A stretch of DNA of 64,000 bases from Utricularia gibba (taxonomy: Eukaryota > Plantae > Magnoliophyta), in contig NEEC01000019.1 of NCBI GenBank assembly GCA_002189035.1, positions 496,001 to 560,000 of the forward strand, written 5' to 3'. Both the position numbers and the translations under genes were made by a program. The notes below the pieces were generated by a model. It was not told the DNA's origin. It saw only the letters and a program-made list of their open reading frames with translations, and did not search any database. Of the stretch, positions 38,484 to 51,544 are shown one piece after another (position 1 is the stretch's first letter; each line of letters opens with the position of its first letter).

Positions 38484-41122
38484 CTATCCACAAAAGCTTC
38501 CTACTGAAACAAGACGTGAATTCTGGGTTAGAGCAGCAGGGAATGGGTCCTTGCATTTGGTGAGGTGCGATTTCAGGTGAGGTATGGTTGGATGCACACT
38601 TCCGCACCGATGGCATCGCAGTTCTTTGTTCAGTAACTTCTCACAGTCCTCTGCCACGGACACACATCCACCTTCTTCAACCTCCTTCATCACATCAACC
38701 GAATCGAGGAAAAATGGCGTGGTGAAGGAGTTCCAATGCTTCTTATTCTTCAAATGGGGTGAGTTGAAGTCCTGGCTGATCACATGAAGGTGCAATTGCC
38801 TCATTGAAGGTGACTGCAGCAGTGCAAGATGTATAAAATGCAATGTCTTTCAAGGTTGGCTGTGCAAAGACTTCATTCATGGAGGACAAGCTAACAGAAC
38901 TTACTGAGTGGTATCCCAACCGGAACGAGGCCGAGTTGTCTCCCTCAAGGTACTTCTTAACCCATCGCAGACCAACGTCATGAATCTTTCTTAGCAAGGG
39001 TAGGTGTTCTCTGCGGACATCTTTGATAGAGTCTAGACCATCAGCTCTTGCTAAAACCAAGAGATGCCTTTGTGCCTGCACAGCATTGAACAATGTTGCA
39101 CTAAGTTTCATTCCCTGTTCTTAAGAACTGATGGAGAAGGGAGTAGAGAGAGACCTTAGGATATGCATCATTCATCACTACGAAATCATCCGACATTTCG
39201 AGTATAATGCTTTGATTCTCCTCCGGGTGCATAGCAATTTTGTACAGAGATAAAGCCCACGAGCCCCATGTCTTAGTATGCTTCTTCTCATCACTCCGGC
39301 ATTTCTTACTGGTATCAGAATCACAAAGGGCTTTCCGTTTCACCATCTGATTATCAGGTGTAGTTGGATTCGTTTCTGACTTGGAAGATCTGGGAGTCGC
39401 TTCACCGGTCTCCAGTACAGAGATGAATCCCTCGAACAGTGATGTGTATGCTCTCCGAAGCACCTTGCATCCTTCGATGTAATCGCCCTTGAGAGAGTCT
39501 GGTCTCATGGGATTCATATTAGGGCCGAGAACATGTATCACATGAGCTATCCCTTCCCTATAGAACAATGGAGATGATGCAGAAAGTGGTACAACCAGTG
39601 CTTCTCCAGGAGTAAGACTTGTTGCTCTCTCCTTCGTTGCAAGTTCGAACTCAGAGCCGGCAGCGTTGAAGATTGCAGCGTTCACGCCTCCCCCTCCTCG
39701 GCTCAGTCGCCTGCATGAATTCGCAAAGACTGAGTATAAAGGAAACATGGCATCAAGAATCATGTGATCAAGAACTTGCCAGTTGGTAGTGTTACCGATC
39801 ACATCACACCTCAAACCTCCACGGGAGTGGAGTCGGGTTATATCCTCAACAAAAGTGAAGAACTTAGAGGGGTCGATGCTCTTCCCAGCAGCCTTCTGCT
39901 TTACAAGGGATAATATTTTGGATTCATGAGATTTATCCACCAAAACAAGCCTTGCATTTCCAATGCGACTGACAAACTCTTCAACCTTTTCAACAATGAT
40001 ATCAGATGCCTTCTCAAGACTGAACTGAAAATCTGCTGTTGAAATAGACGGGAAGGCCAGAGTTGGGATATTTTCGGAGGATACAGGGGTATCTACCCTT
40101 TTGAAGAACTTCATAATCCCTGGTTGAACCTTCTCATGGTGATTCTCCTGTCCGTAACAGCCCCCGGGAAGAGAATCCTTCACCCCCAACAAACCATATG
40201 TTTGAAGCACCTTTTCGACGTCACTTTCATTTCGACATACTGTAATTCTGTGGAAGCCTTCACTCAGTCTAGGAACCTCTTTATCCTGCACCATCCGATT
40301 CACGACCGCAGCGGCTTTCCCACCTTGTAAATTCCCTTCATGTCCAGTACGGTTCACTGATCTAGAAACACAAATCTTGACTGGAAGATCAAGAAAAACT
40401 GCATGCTTTTCTGTATCATGAGTCCCGAGCTTCAGAAACTCAGCTCTTTGATCTCGGTTAATGTTACATCTGTCGATCAGCACATTCTTACCCTCATTCA
40501 ATGCACTAGCAGCGACTGATAAACACTGGTTCTTCGTCCCAGATTTACCATTACCAATGGTATCCTGAAACAGACCACACAACCATAATACCTTAACATA
40601 GAATGAACCATCTGTAGAAAACACCACCAGAAATTCTCAGCTATGCTCCTCAACATCAAGAATAAGCTTGAAACTTGATATACTACCCTATAAAGCAACA
40701 GTATCAATCGGGCCACCACGCAGCTTTGTTCTAGCATCTGTTAGGTTACCAGTACTCTCAGTTTTAGTATAATATGATTCTATAAATAAAACATTTTACC
40801 CCTTTTCAAATTACTGCTGAAAAACATACAGTCTTTTCAATAAACATATGGTGTGCAATGCAAACCTGACAAACACGGACCCAGGGGCGAGCTGAGAGTT
40901 TCATGATTTCATCACAAAAGGTAGATTTACCACTCCCTGGGAGACCAACCAATACCGCAATTATAGGCTTGTGCGGTGTGCTTTCTTCGCCTTCGGGAAC
41001 TGAACAAATTTCGAAAATTTAGATTCCTAACAATCACTTCTCAAAGGAATCCAAAAAATTGAAACATTCTTGCCTGCATCTTCAAGTGTGGCCTTTTCTC
41101 CATCTTTCTCCACGCACTCCAT
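38484..41122 (-). CDS. APTX: Plant aprataxin / bHLH140-like protein (P-loop kinase, Macro, HIT and C2HE zinc-finger domains), 674 aa
   Basis: Exons 41122-41074, 40999-40866, 40564-39780, 39710-39155, 39075-38905 and 38813-38484 sum to 2025 nt. Motifs VGLPGSGKST, LIDRCN, GGGGVNAAIFNAAG, HVIHVLGPNMNP, NDAYPKAQRHLLV, PSMRQLHLHVISQDF and LRCHRC..HPTIPHLKSH. Introns 1 and 3 are GC-AG. Confidence 0.92.
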
Positions 41123-41361
41123 CACTTTCTCAATCGGACGGGCAGCACACAATTTATGTTATGCATATACCTTTCAGAAAATCAAAATTTTCTTGTTTAA
41201 GTCCAATGCATCAAGGGCCTTCAAATTCTTGGCCCACTTACATCCATTAACCGGACACGTGGAAATTGTTATAAATCTGATGAAATACTTAATGGATTTT
41301 ATTTTTGAAATTTCTTTTTTAGAAAAAGCTTTGGCCTATATTTTTTTCATTTGTTTTAAAG

Positions 41362-41393
<32 letters not shown>

Positions 41394-44065
41394 TTATATT
41401 TAATTAGGTATTTTACATGTTTTAAACATGTGGCTTTGTTTGATATTCGATATATTTGACATTGTGTTATGCCAAATAATAATATATTAGATTTATCAAT
41501 ACTTTATTTTATAATTTCTTTTTCTTTTTTTTAGAGGAATTTAATATTTAAAACATTACTATGATTTTATATTTAATGTTCAAATTTATTGTATTATGCT
41601 GTATCTGTATGAAATGCATATTTTTATTTTAACATTTTGTATTCAATTGTGATTGATTTAATTTTTCTATCTTAAATCCAAAAATATAAAATCATATTTC
41701 CAAAATTTATGTATGTTGTAATTGTATATATATTTTTTTCAAGAACAAATGCAAAAAAAAAATTAAACGAAAATAAATAAAAATAAGCAATCAATCGAGA
41801 GTTTTACATCTAAAAGATAAGTGAATGGAAAGAGGACAATCATAAATTAAAGGATATATTATTCATATATGTGATTTATGAGGCATATGGCCATATATTT
41901 TCAATTGTACTCTATAATAACATTATAATACCCGTGAGTACTAAAATTGATAATTGAAAATTTTGGTCACAATAGCACAAAAGAAAAATAAAAGAACCAA
42001 CAAATGTTTTTTTGAATCTTTAACAAACATGAAATAATGTGAGGTATATTAATTAACTATCTACATAACTCCACCCTCACAACTAAATTTTGACATTCCC
42101 TTTGTGTATGAGGATGATAACAAGTTGAGGAAATTCATGATAAAGGTGAACATGGAAAAACAAGAGAGAGATATACTATTCAAGAAATTAGTAAAACAAA
42201 ATTACCATTGACAATGTGTAATGCAAGTGTATCTCGATCATTCAACTTAGAGGTTTATCATATTTGATATAATACTTACATGTTCTTGATATTCTTTATT
42301 GTTAATTATTTCATTTTTGTTAATGGACTATGCTATATTTGATTTAATTACCTAAATTTTCTTGTTTGACTATATTATTCATTCTTTCATTTTTTTTTAC
42401 TAATAGGCTTTAATCATATCTATGTCAACCTCAAATGATAATGGAGGGATTTGGTTAAAGTAAATAAAACAAGTTTTCTTTCCATTTCAATCTTCATATT
42501 CACATTTTGGATCTCTATTAGTTACTGCTTTCACTTTTTTCTAGTAATGAAGTAACTTAGTTAGTGTTTATTTTTAAACTATTGCTAATAAAACATGTTT
42601 TACTAGGTTGAGTGACTTGATAAGTTACTCTCAACAATGAAAGAACTAATGGAGAGATGTTGTACAAAAAAAGAACCTAAAATTGTGAAGAAGACTTCTA
42701 AACTCATCAAAGCCACAAAAGCAATAGGTTAAAATCATCTTCTGTTGGGACTTATGTACTAAGGTGCAGAGTAGTTTAATAACAAGTTAAGTTGACAAAA
42801 AACAATCACCTAAAAATCATCTTTGTAAGAACATTATCTTATATATGTTAAAGATTTTAAATAAACATTTGTTGATTCTTTAATCTTTCTTTTTTACAAA
42901 TATTACCAAAATCATTAATTATCAACTTTAGTAGTCACGGTATTACAATATTGCTGCTTGGGAATGCTCGAAGTGATTAGCGATGCAGTACTTGATTTGA
43001 TATAAGAAGTAAGAAAACTAAAATAGAGAGTGAATGACTTCTCTTTGTGTAAGTAACATGCTACTATCATTATTTCATTTTGTTTTATGTTCTTTAATAT
43101 TACGTTTATTAGTATTATAAACGTAATATCTACTGGTCCATGGTAAGACCTATTTGTCTGTTTCATATGCTGTGTTTTATGTAATATTTCAAAACCCGTT
43201 TCAAATAGTTTAATGAATGAATACAATAACTTTGACATGATTAGAATACATGAGCTTTGTCTAAGATCTTTTGAGACTTTGTAAACATGATCCATAATCT
43301 TTTTTTATGAGAGTGCGCATATTTAGATGAAGCTAAAGAGTGCAATTTAGATTTTTGTACATCTGTTGATATATTTCATTGCAGCAATGATTCTAATTGA
43401 TAAAAAAAAAAAACAGTCGATAAAATCATCATTTACATAAAAACAATAAAACCCAAATACTAAAAAACCGGCAAAATTGAAAAAAGTGTGCATTGAGAAG
43501 TGAATGAGTGATAGATCAACTGCAAAATAATAATGTGAGAATGATTGAGCAATACTCATTAACAATATACCTAGATACACACAAATACCAAAGAGAAAAA
43601 TGAAAAAAGTACAAAAGTGACATATTTTACATATATTTCAAAAGAATTTTAAAAAAAGAATAAAAGAAAGAATTTCTAAACCCCCGATACATGAGTCACA
43701 AGATGAGAAGGGGAAGAACACACAAAGACACAAATAATTGTAAAAGCAAATGTTCAATCCAATAATTCAATTATGATTTTTAAAAAAACTACTTGAGTTC
43801 AATTATTTGAGTACAAGTAGGCAGGTAGATGATTGGGAACATATCACGTGCGTAAAAAAATATGCCCAATTTGTCAGGAGGTTGTCTTCTTCATTGATTG
43901 CCTTAAACACTAACACCCAGATTTTTATTGCACGATGACAGGAAAAAGTCACAACGTCTTCTGAGCACACTACTCCACTCCATCACCGATTCAAGGATCA
44001 TTACAGACTCAACAAAAAGCAGCAGCACATACTCGTGATACATGTAGCCGAAGAAGCCCAAGGCC

Positions 44066-45717
44066 TCAGGGATGAACATCTCCATTGAGAAGCAACTGAT
44101 CGAAGTGCCAAACACCTGCCAATGCAATGGAAAGGAATGGCTCAGTTGTTGATTTAACTTCGTCATAGGTGGTGCTCAAGCAGGAAGTGGGATCTTACCG
44201 TGCCCCTTTCCAACCCTCCTCAGTTGAGAAACAAACTCTGAAATCTTCTGGATTGCGTGAACCTGAAAGAATTACAGTGGAAGCGTTAGATGAACTTCGA
44301 CTGAAACAAAAGCTGGTCTCTGTCATGATGTTTAGTAACCTGTTCACCCAAGAATTCACTCTCTATGAACTCAGTAAGCTGGGGGTCGTTGTTATTGGAT
44401 GCAACCTGATCCATACCAAGACAAGTCAAGGGAAGGAGCGTGTACAGGTACAGGAATATGATAAAAAGGAGCATTCGTTTGGCTCGAGAAAACAATGAAG
44501 GTGAGAAGAGGAGGAAGGCTTACAGCATGGAGTTTCAGAAGCTTTTCATTGACCAACTTCTCCATGGAGAGTGCAAGTTCCATAGCTGAATGATGAGAAG
44601 ATCATATTATAGAATACTACCGAAACATGAAAAAGGAAAATAAAAGAATGCCTTACCATACAAAGCATCGCCCTTTTCAGGATGATCAAATTCCGCGGGT
44701 GGAAGCATGATGCTGTACAGCTTTACTCTCCCACCACGCTTATTCTGAGAAACAAACAAGCACACAAAAGAAGAATGCCATGAGGCTGACAGGAAATAGA
44801 GGGAACTCTGCTACATCTACAAACATAGGAAAGATAAAGCAAAGGCATCTGCAGGAACAGGACACAAAAGGTGAAGAGACCACATCAAATGCACATGCAC
44901 AAGCAAATTACAAATCACACCCTTCACTCCTCTCAACAATACTGCATTGAAATGGATAATATCACATCAAGATTGAAGATCCTGTTAAATCACGTAACCC
45001 TTTTCACAGAGAAATAGAGGACAAGCAACATCATAATGAAAACCAAGAAACGTTCGCCATGATACCTGATATTCCATCAATTTCTCAGCATGCTCCCTTT
45101 CTTCTTTGCTGGATTCTTTGAAGAATCTGTAAAAGAATAATCATAATTAGAATCTAAGAGCAAACGAAGAAGGATACAATCCGTATCTAAGCGAAATGCT
45201 CACTTTGCGAATCCTTTCAGGGCAACATTATCCCTGTCAAAGTAAGCGTACAGAGAGTGGTACGCATAGGAAACACTGTACTCCACGCTGAATCGAAATA
45301 AGAACGTTAGTTTTCCATACTAAAATACCCAGATCTACATATGAATCGCGAATCATACACTAATCTTCAGCCGGATGAAACAAAAATATAACAGAAAACT
45401 CACTTGATCTGCTCGTTTATGGCAGCCTCACTCTCCTCGGCATACCGCTGCCGGGCGAGTGAGACACTGAGAGTTTGAGGAACAGTAAGCTCATCCTTCT
45501 GAACCTCTTCAAATGGTTGAAACAGCACACCGCTAAGCGTCAAACCAGCAGATTCACTCGTCGCACGTGGGACGAAAAACCCATTTCCCTTGTTAACAAA
45601 TCCAGTTGCAGAATGCGGAAACACGGCAAAATTAGGCAGGTTTGGCGATTGGACGCTGAGATTTGAACCTTGAGCCGAATACGGCATGGAAACGGGGGAA
45701 ATCGCCTTCAAAAACAT
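44066..45717 (-). CDS. FER: Plastid ferritin precursor, 262 aa, canonical 8-exon structure
   Basis: Exons 45717-45404, 45287-45204, 45126-45066, 44744-44657, 44585-44524, 44405-44340, 44262-44199 and 44115-44066 sum to 789 nt. Transit and extension peptide, [40 protein letters not shown] and GKGHGVWHFDQ; ferroxidase residues are intact. Confidence 0.97.
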
Positions 45718-45828
45718 GGTTACTCGGCAGGCAAAGCAAGGTTTGGCCGAAATCTGAAACGCCAACAACACGGGAACTGTAGAAAATATCTTTGAGGGGG
45801 CTGAGCGGATAAGGAAGCGGTGAAACGG

Positions 45829-45905
45829 TTTATATGGAACTAGGGAAAGCACAGCAGCCAATCACACATCGGCACGTACAGCGTACAGCGTGTGGCAGGC
45901 TCGAT
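45829..45905 (-). promoter_or_regulatory. Ferritin promoter: TATAAA (45834-45829), ACGTG core and IDRS-like element (45905-45892)
   Basis: ATCGAGCCTGCCAC matches 10/14 of the IDRS CACGAGGCCGCCAC (recalled from ZmFer1/AtFer1) and lies ~60 bp upstream of the TATA box. Confidence 0.55.
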
Positions 45906-46474
45906 CCCCAATCCCAAATTCTGTGGTCGTTATTCAATCTAAATATCCAAAAATATCCAAAGCATCTCCTTCACAAGAAGCGTTCACACTTGACTCAAAC
46001 ATTATTATTATTATTATTAATTATTACTATAAGTATTATTATTATTCAACAAAAAAATAGTTGGATATTGAATAACGAATTTCGTTGCGTTTTTTTAATT
46101 CTTAATATTAAAGAAATGGTTGGGCCGGTCATCCAGCTTGTTGGGCCTGTCTGAATAGTGTGTACACAGATTGGGCCTTTGAATATTAAACCCATTAATA
46201 AGTTAAAAAGGTAATTTATCAATTATGTATTTTAATTCTTTATATATACACGAATCATGTTATGTGATTAAATTAAATATATATTGAATAAATGTATTTA
46301 GAAAATATGAAAAAAAACTAAGCTGCTTCATAGGGAAAATTTACGTGGAAAAATATAATTGGAGGAATTATATAATTATTTTATAAATCAAGCATATATT
46401 TGAAAAATATGTACATCAAATAAACATAAATTATTATCATATTGTATTTAAAAGTATAAATACATATATCAAAT

Positions 46475-47037
46475 TGATAACACACAGTTTTGATTACTTC
46501 AAGATAAGGAATTGATTAGTATTATGCTACAAAGCTTGAATTTTATCTTATAATTTTACGTTTTTGTGATCAGCGATAATATTTGCATTTTTTTTACTCT
46601 TAATTGAGACTAAATAAACCTTAGTTCTAATTATGTTTTGGAGCAATGTAGCATATGTCGGCAATCCAAATCTTGAGGAGCCGAAGGAGAACAGTAAAAT
46701 TGTAGAAAATATGGACAAAAGTTAAATGAAGTATAACTAAATCCCAAGAAAAAGAAAAAGAAAATTTTTGGAATGATGATAAAAATGAAATATCTTCCCC
46801 ACCTTGAACATATGCATTTTATCATAAACCTTACTTAATTTTAATTTAAATTTAATCTCTTATCTGTGACACAAACTAAATGCATTGACTTTACATAGTA
46901 AATACATAGGTTTTTGTGTTAGACTCTAATCCCCTATATTTATATTTTTTGTATGATTTTTTGTGAATTAAAATTATAAATTTTATTTGATAAAATAATT
47001 TACAATTTAATGATATTGTATAATTTTTTTATTATCA
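46475..47037 (+). mobile_element. Shortened solo LTR of family C (563 bp)
   Basis: TGATAACACA...ATTATCA with a perfect TSD CAAAT (46470-46474 and 47038-47042). It shares gagcaatg.agca.atgtcg with the 26867 LTR. Confidence 0.8.
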
Positions 47038-48496
47038 CAAATAAATCCATGTTTCAAGATCGTGATTCATAGATTAAAGAGACAATTAGTCATGGTAAAA
47101 GAAAGTTAGTATAATACCCTTTTTTCGACTATTTTAGCCCTATCTTTAACTATTAATCTACAAGTGTGATAATTGACTTATATTTATGAATTATCTAAAG
47201 AAAGAATTAAATTGAATATCGTTGTTGAGCTATTTCTGACATAAACTCTCTATGAGTATATTTATTATAAGATTTATAATCAAATGTAATAAAAATATAG
47301 ATTATCATGAAAGATAAAATAGTTATGATAATGTACTCGATTCTATAATTTCATTAAATAAAAAACAATGTAATAACGATTATTGACTAGTACATATAAA
47401 ATTTGTGCAAACGACTCAATTCTTGAGATTTGTGCATATATAAAAGAACAAGATCTTGCAGTGATAGAAATTTGATCCAAAACTATTTTATTAATTCTAT
47501 AATTTTTATATACTTATAGAATTACTATCACATACACAGTACAAGCGGAAGTCTGTTAACTACTCAACAATGTCCAAAATTGATATATCAACATTAAACA
47601 ACATGAATTACGTCTGTTTCCTAATCTGCATTTTAATCAAATCCACCGAATAATAAATTAGAAATATCAAAAGCAACATTGTTTTCATGGCACCACTATC
47701 ACATGTCTTGCCACCCCCTCACTCTCATTAATTTATACACCTTTAAAAAAAATTGTACATTTATTAATTATTATTATTTTTGAAAATCTCGTTGTGCCCA
47801 CCTCGTATTCTAAGGTATTTACATGTTTATAGTCATAACATATTGCATTAAATTCAAACGAAGTTTGATTTACGAGAAACGAAACGTGTCATGTCGCTGT
47901 TTGTTCATATGCTTGTGGCAACATATTAAATGCGACGGTTGACGAGACAGACCAAAAAAAAGTACCTTTTGAAAGATAAATTCTGCAGTCGCGACAGGGC
48001 CTATGCTTATTGATACCCATCCATATGGACTTGTGAAGCCTTGACGATTTGTCAATTAAGTTGGATCGTTTGTAACTCCGAGCACCAACCATTCACATGT
48101 TTGGTACTCCTCTAAAAACATTAATCATGATACCCTCTTTATACCCATGTTTTTAGATTTTTTAAATACGTTTGATAATTAGATATGTTTGATAGATGCG
48201 TTTTTTAGTATATTGCATCTCATATAATATATTGTTATAGTAATGTTAAGGTCAAAATTTTAGTAATACAAAGAGTAAAATATGTAATTTCATAAATGTG
48301 AAGTAAACTGTTGAAAAAAACAAATTGAGAGGTTTATAACATAATTTTAAAATTTGAATGTTAAACTATTTATATTGATGACAAAGTTGAGGGTTAAATC
48401 AATTTATTAGATTTTATGATAAAAAAGAATGGCGTGGGGCGGGGGGCGAACCCCTACCCTAGTAACGGGAGGGAGGTGCCACTCCCCACTTGCCAG

Positions 48497-48590
48497 AAAT
48501 CCAAAATAAATTGGTGAAATGGACCTAAATTATAAATAATAAAAATCCAAATAAATTGGTGAAAACGGACCCAAATTATAATAATAATAA
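48497..48590. repeat. Two-copy ~46-bp tandem repeat upstream of PYL
   Basis: aaatccaaaataaattggtgaaatggacctaaattataaataataa is followed by aaatccaaataaattggtgaaaacggacccaaattataataataa. Confidence 0.85.
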
Positions 48591-49122
48591 AAAATACAAA
48601 CCAGTTGACCCAGTGGCCACATTGTACGCCTCTTTTTTATATCAAAATAAAAGAAAATGACTGGGAACTTGGGATTAAAAATTTAAATATCAAACCTCAA
48701 TGCGGTTTGGTGCACATGGCATATATTATAATATTCCTTTGGGGGTAAATTTCAAGTGCAGGGAATTTGGAGGCATCAATTAGAAAATTAGGTATATATC
48801 TGGAAAATTAACATTTTTTATATTAATTTTAATCAATTTTGTAAATAAATACAGCAGTTTTCATCAGAAACAACTACATGGTGCATAGAGTAGAAGATAA
48901 ACCGTCGATCAACTTGAGTAACATAACGAACTTCGAGGGTATCCGGTTTAGGCTTTAACAATTCCAGCTTGTTAATGAATAGAAGGCGTGGAGGGTAGTT
49001 TTGTCATTTCACAGAATTCAAGTTGATTTTCGCTTTAATCGCGATCACGTGGATATCGTCCATCTCTTATATAGAGCGAGGGCTTTCCTTCCAAAAATAT
49101 AATTCTTCCGAAGACAGAAGAA

Positions 49123-49751
49123 ATGATTTCAGATCTTGCCGAATCAACGGTGCCGCTCCACTGGGTGAGCGAACCTCCGGCTGTCGCCGCCGCTGTCCAT
49201 AAGAAAACCCACGGCGCTTCAACGGGGAGCCGGTTCCGGACCACGTCGTCCGATACCACACTCACGCCGTCGGCCCTAACCAGTGCTGCTCCGCCGTGAC
49301 CCAACGCATCTCCGCCCCCATCTCCGCCGTGTGGTCCGTCGTCCGCCGCTTCGAAAACCCGCAAGCCTACAAAAGCTTCGTCAAAAGTTGCCACCTGGTC
49401 ATCGGAGACGGCGGCGTCGGCACTGTGCGCGAGGTCCATGTCATCTCCGGCTTGCCTGCTGTCAGCAGCAGGGAGCGTTTGGAGATCCTCGACGAGGAGC
49501 GCCACGTGATCAGCTTCCGTGTCGTCGGCGGCGACCATCGACTCGCCAACTACCGATCGGTTACGACACTCCACAAGGCCGCGGACAGGGACTCCCACAC
49601 GGTGGTCGTAGAATCCTATGTCGTGGATGTCCCCACGGGGAACACCAAAGAAGAAACCTGCGTCTTCGTTGACACCATCGTCAAATGTAACCTGCACTCA
49701 CTGTCCCGGATCGCCGAGAACATCGCCTCCCGGTACCCTTATTCCGATTAA
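49123..49751 (+). CDS. PYL: PYR/PYL/RCAR ABA receptor, PYL4/5/6-like, intronless; one-base frameshift as assembled
   Basis: The domain reads VPDHVVRYHTHAVGPNQCCSAV...WSVVRRFENPQAYK...gate SGLPA...latch GGDHRLANY...VVESYVVDVP. The only plausible ATG (49123) is out of frame. The span is 629 nt; one extra G in G4 (49224-49227) gives 630 nt (209 aa). Confidence 0.93.
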
Positions 49752-50507
49752 CTCACCGGAGTTCCGAAGCACCGAATACACTTTTTCTTTCTCCTTGAAT
49801 TAAATTTCTCTTCTTTCTTTTTTCCTCGCTTGTTATGTTGTCCAGTTTGCATCTTGTCCCCCATAGGCTTCTATCTTCACACATTTAATTCCACAACTTA
49901 ATCATATAATTTGTCCATATCAAAGTTAATAAAGCATGTCACCTGAATTTGTATTTTAGTACTTGGAAATACATGTTTTGATTTTAGTACATTGAAGTTG
50001 ATTTATGGAAACAATCTTCCAAAAAACCATATTTAGCAATTAAAAGATACTAGCTACAAGGATTAAAGGTATGTTGGGAACAATTTTTTATTTTAGAAAA
50101 AAATCAAAATATGAAATTATTTCTTATTTTTTAAAAAATTATAAAATATAAATTTCTATTTTATTAAGAAGACTTCTAAAAAATAACCTAAAAATTCTGC
50201 ATGTGAATCATGCAATATATATCATGCTAACAGGTAAAATATTGATTTTGAGACAGAAAAATCATTTTTTTTTATCTGGGCATCAATTATATGAATATTT
50301 ATAATTTTGGAATGTCAGCATGGTGTACGTCCTGGACTCGATAACATCAAGTCATTGTCAGCATTATTAGGTTGAATCGGACAGGCTATCCGTATAATTT
50401 AATGTCGGGACATATTGTATGATCACCTTTCAAGATTGTCCTGAATTCACTTTCCCAATTTCCCTAAATCAATCGAGATCCCAACAAGGGCCAAATTGTA
50501 AATCAAG

Positions 50508-50531
50508 GCGTGTGTGTGTGTGTGTGTGTGT
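50508..50531. repeat. (GT)n microsatellite followed by poly-T; a similar (TG)n-poly-T tract lies at ~20415-20450
   Basis: Read directly from the sequence. Confidence 0.85.
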
Positions 50532-51544
50532 TTTTTTTTTTTATGCTGATTCATCTTCTATAAAAATATTTTTATTTTTTATACTATAATTTACTCGTAT
50601 TTGACAGTAAAATTATTTTTAAAAAACATAATCTATTCCAAATAAACTTTTAATATTCTATGTAAAATATAAAACATCTGACTTTCACCTGCAACGCGAT
50701 TGGTTCATTAATATTCATACTAATGATTAAAGAATGCTAATCATGGTTTATCGTACGTTAAATACATATATAATACGAAATTAAGATAGAATTGAATGGC
50801 GATTTTCATTTTTTTTCAGTTTATAATTGATGTGGGCTTTTCTAGGTGTAAATGAAGCCCAAAATAGGCCCAAGAAAAAAACAGTGGGCCTAATTCGAAA
50901 TTGCCCATTTACAACCCTAGCTTTTGATTCCAAAACATGCGAGTGCTTTTACAACCCTATCTCTACACATGGGCATGGTTACGGTTCAACCCATCAACCC
51001 GGCCGGACAACCCACAACCAACCTGTGACTCGGCTCGTTCCTGTCTCCCACAGGCATGAATCCGGTCGAACTTCGATGGGTACCAATTGATTCATCGACT
51101 TGAGATCATAAACGACTTTCATAAGCAACTCACAGGGGCTGGTGAAATCCTAGAAACCCATGGAAGCAATAGTCTTCCAGAGTTTCAAAATCAACCTTCC
51201 CAATTGCAAACCGTTGAAGGTTTCGCTTGGTGTGGGCGATGGATATTTAAATGCATCTACCCACGTATGTAAATGCATTAGACGATGGCATCACCTTATG
51301 ATATTTAAATGCATCATCCAACGTATTTGATGTTTCGTACCAGAAAAAGGTAGTATTTTTATGGAATCCTTGGCTCAAAGGCAGCATGCTTAATCCAAAA
51401 GTCAAAAAAGACCAGATCATCTTCCCCAAATGACATGAAAGGAGTTGGCTGCGACCATTGAGGATTGGAATTAGGCATGATAATTCTCAATGAACATTTC
51501 TTCACATTAGTGGTGTTTCCATTTCTGCGGCCGCTTGTATTTTC

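Noticed and set aside
41950-43580. AT-rich ORFs of 77-126 aa between APTX and ferritin
   Set aside because: No recognisable motif, splice pattern or codon bias; probably noise or very old TE debris.
44286-44495. 69-aa ORF with a signal-peptide-like N-terminus ([16 protein letters not shown]...)
   Set aside because: It is ferritin intron 5 (U-rich) read into exon 6 and intron 6.
45718-45861. 48-residue N-terminal extension of ferritin in the ORF track
   Set aside because: It starts at TTG and spans the TATA box; the first ATG is at 45717.
45861-45871. ATCACACATCG resembling the plant snRNA USE
   Set aside because: One mismatch, and no TATA box or snRNA sequence at the required spacing; it lies in the ferritin promoter.
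49035-49697. 220-aa - strand ORF over PYL
   Set aside because: Antisense shadow ORF with a non-ATG start.
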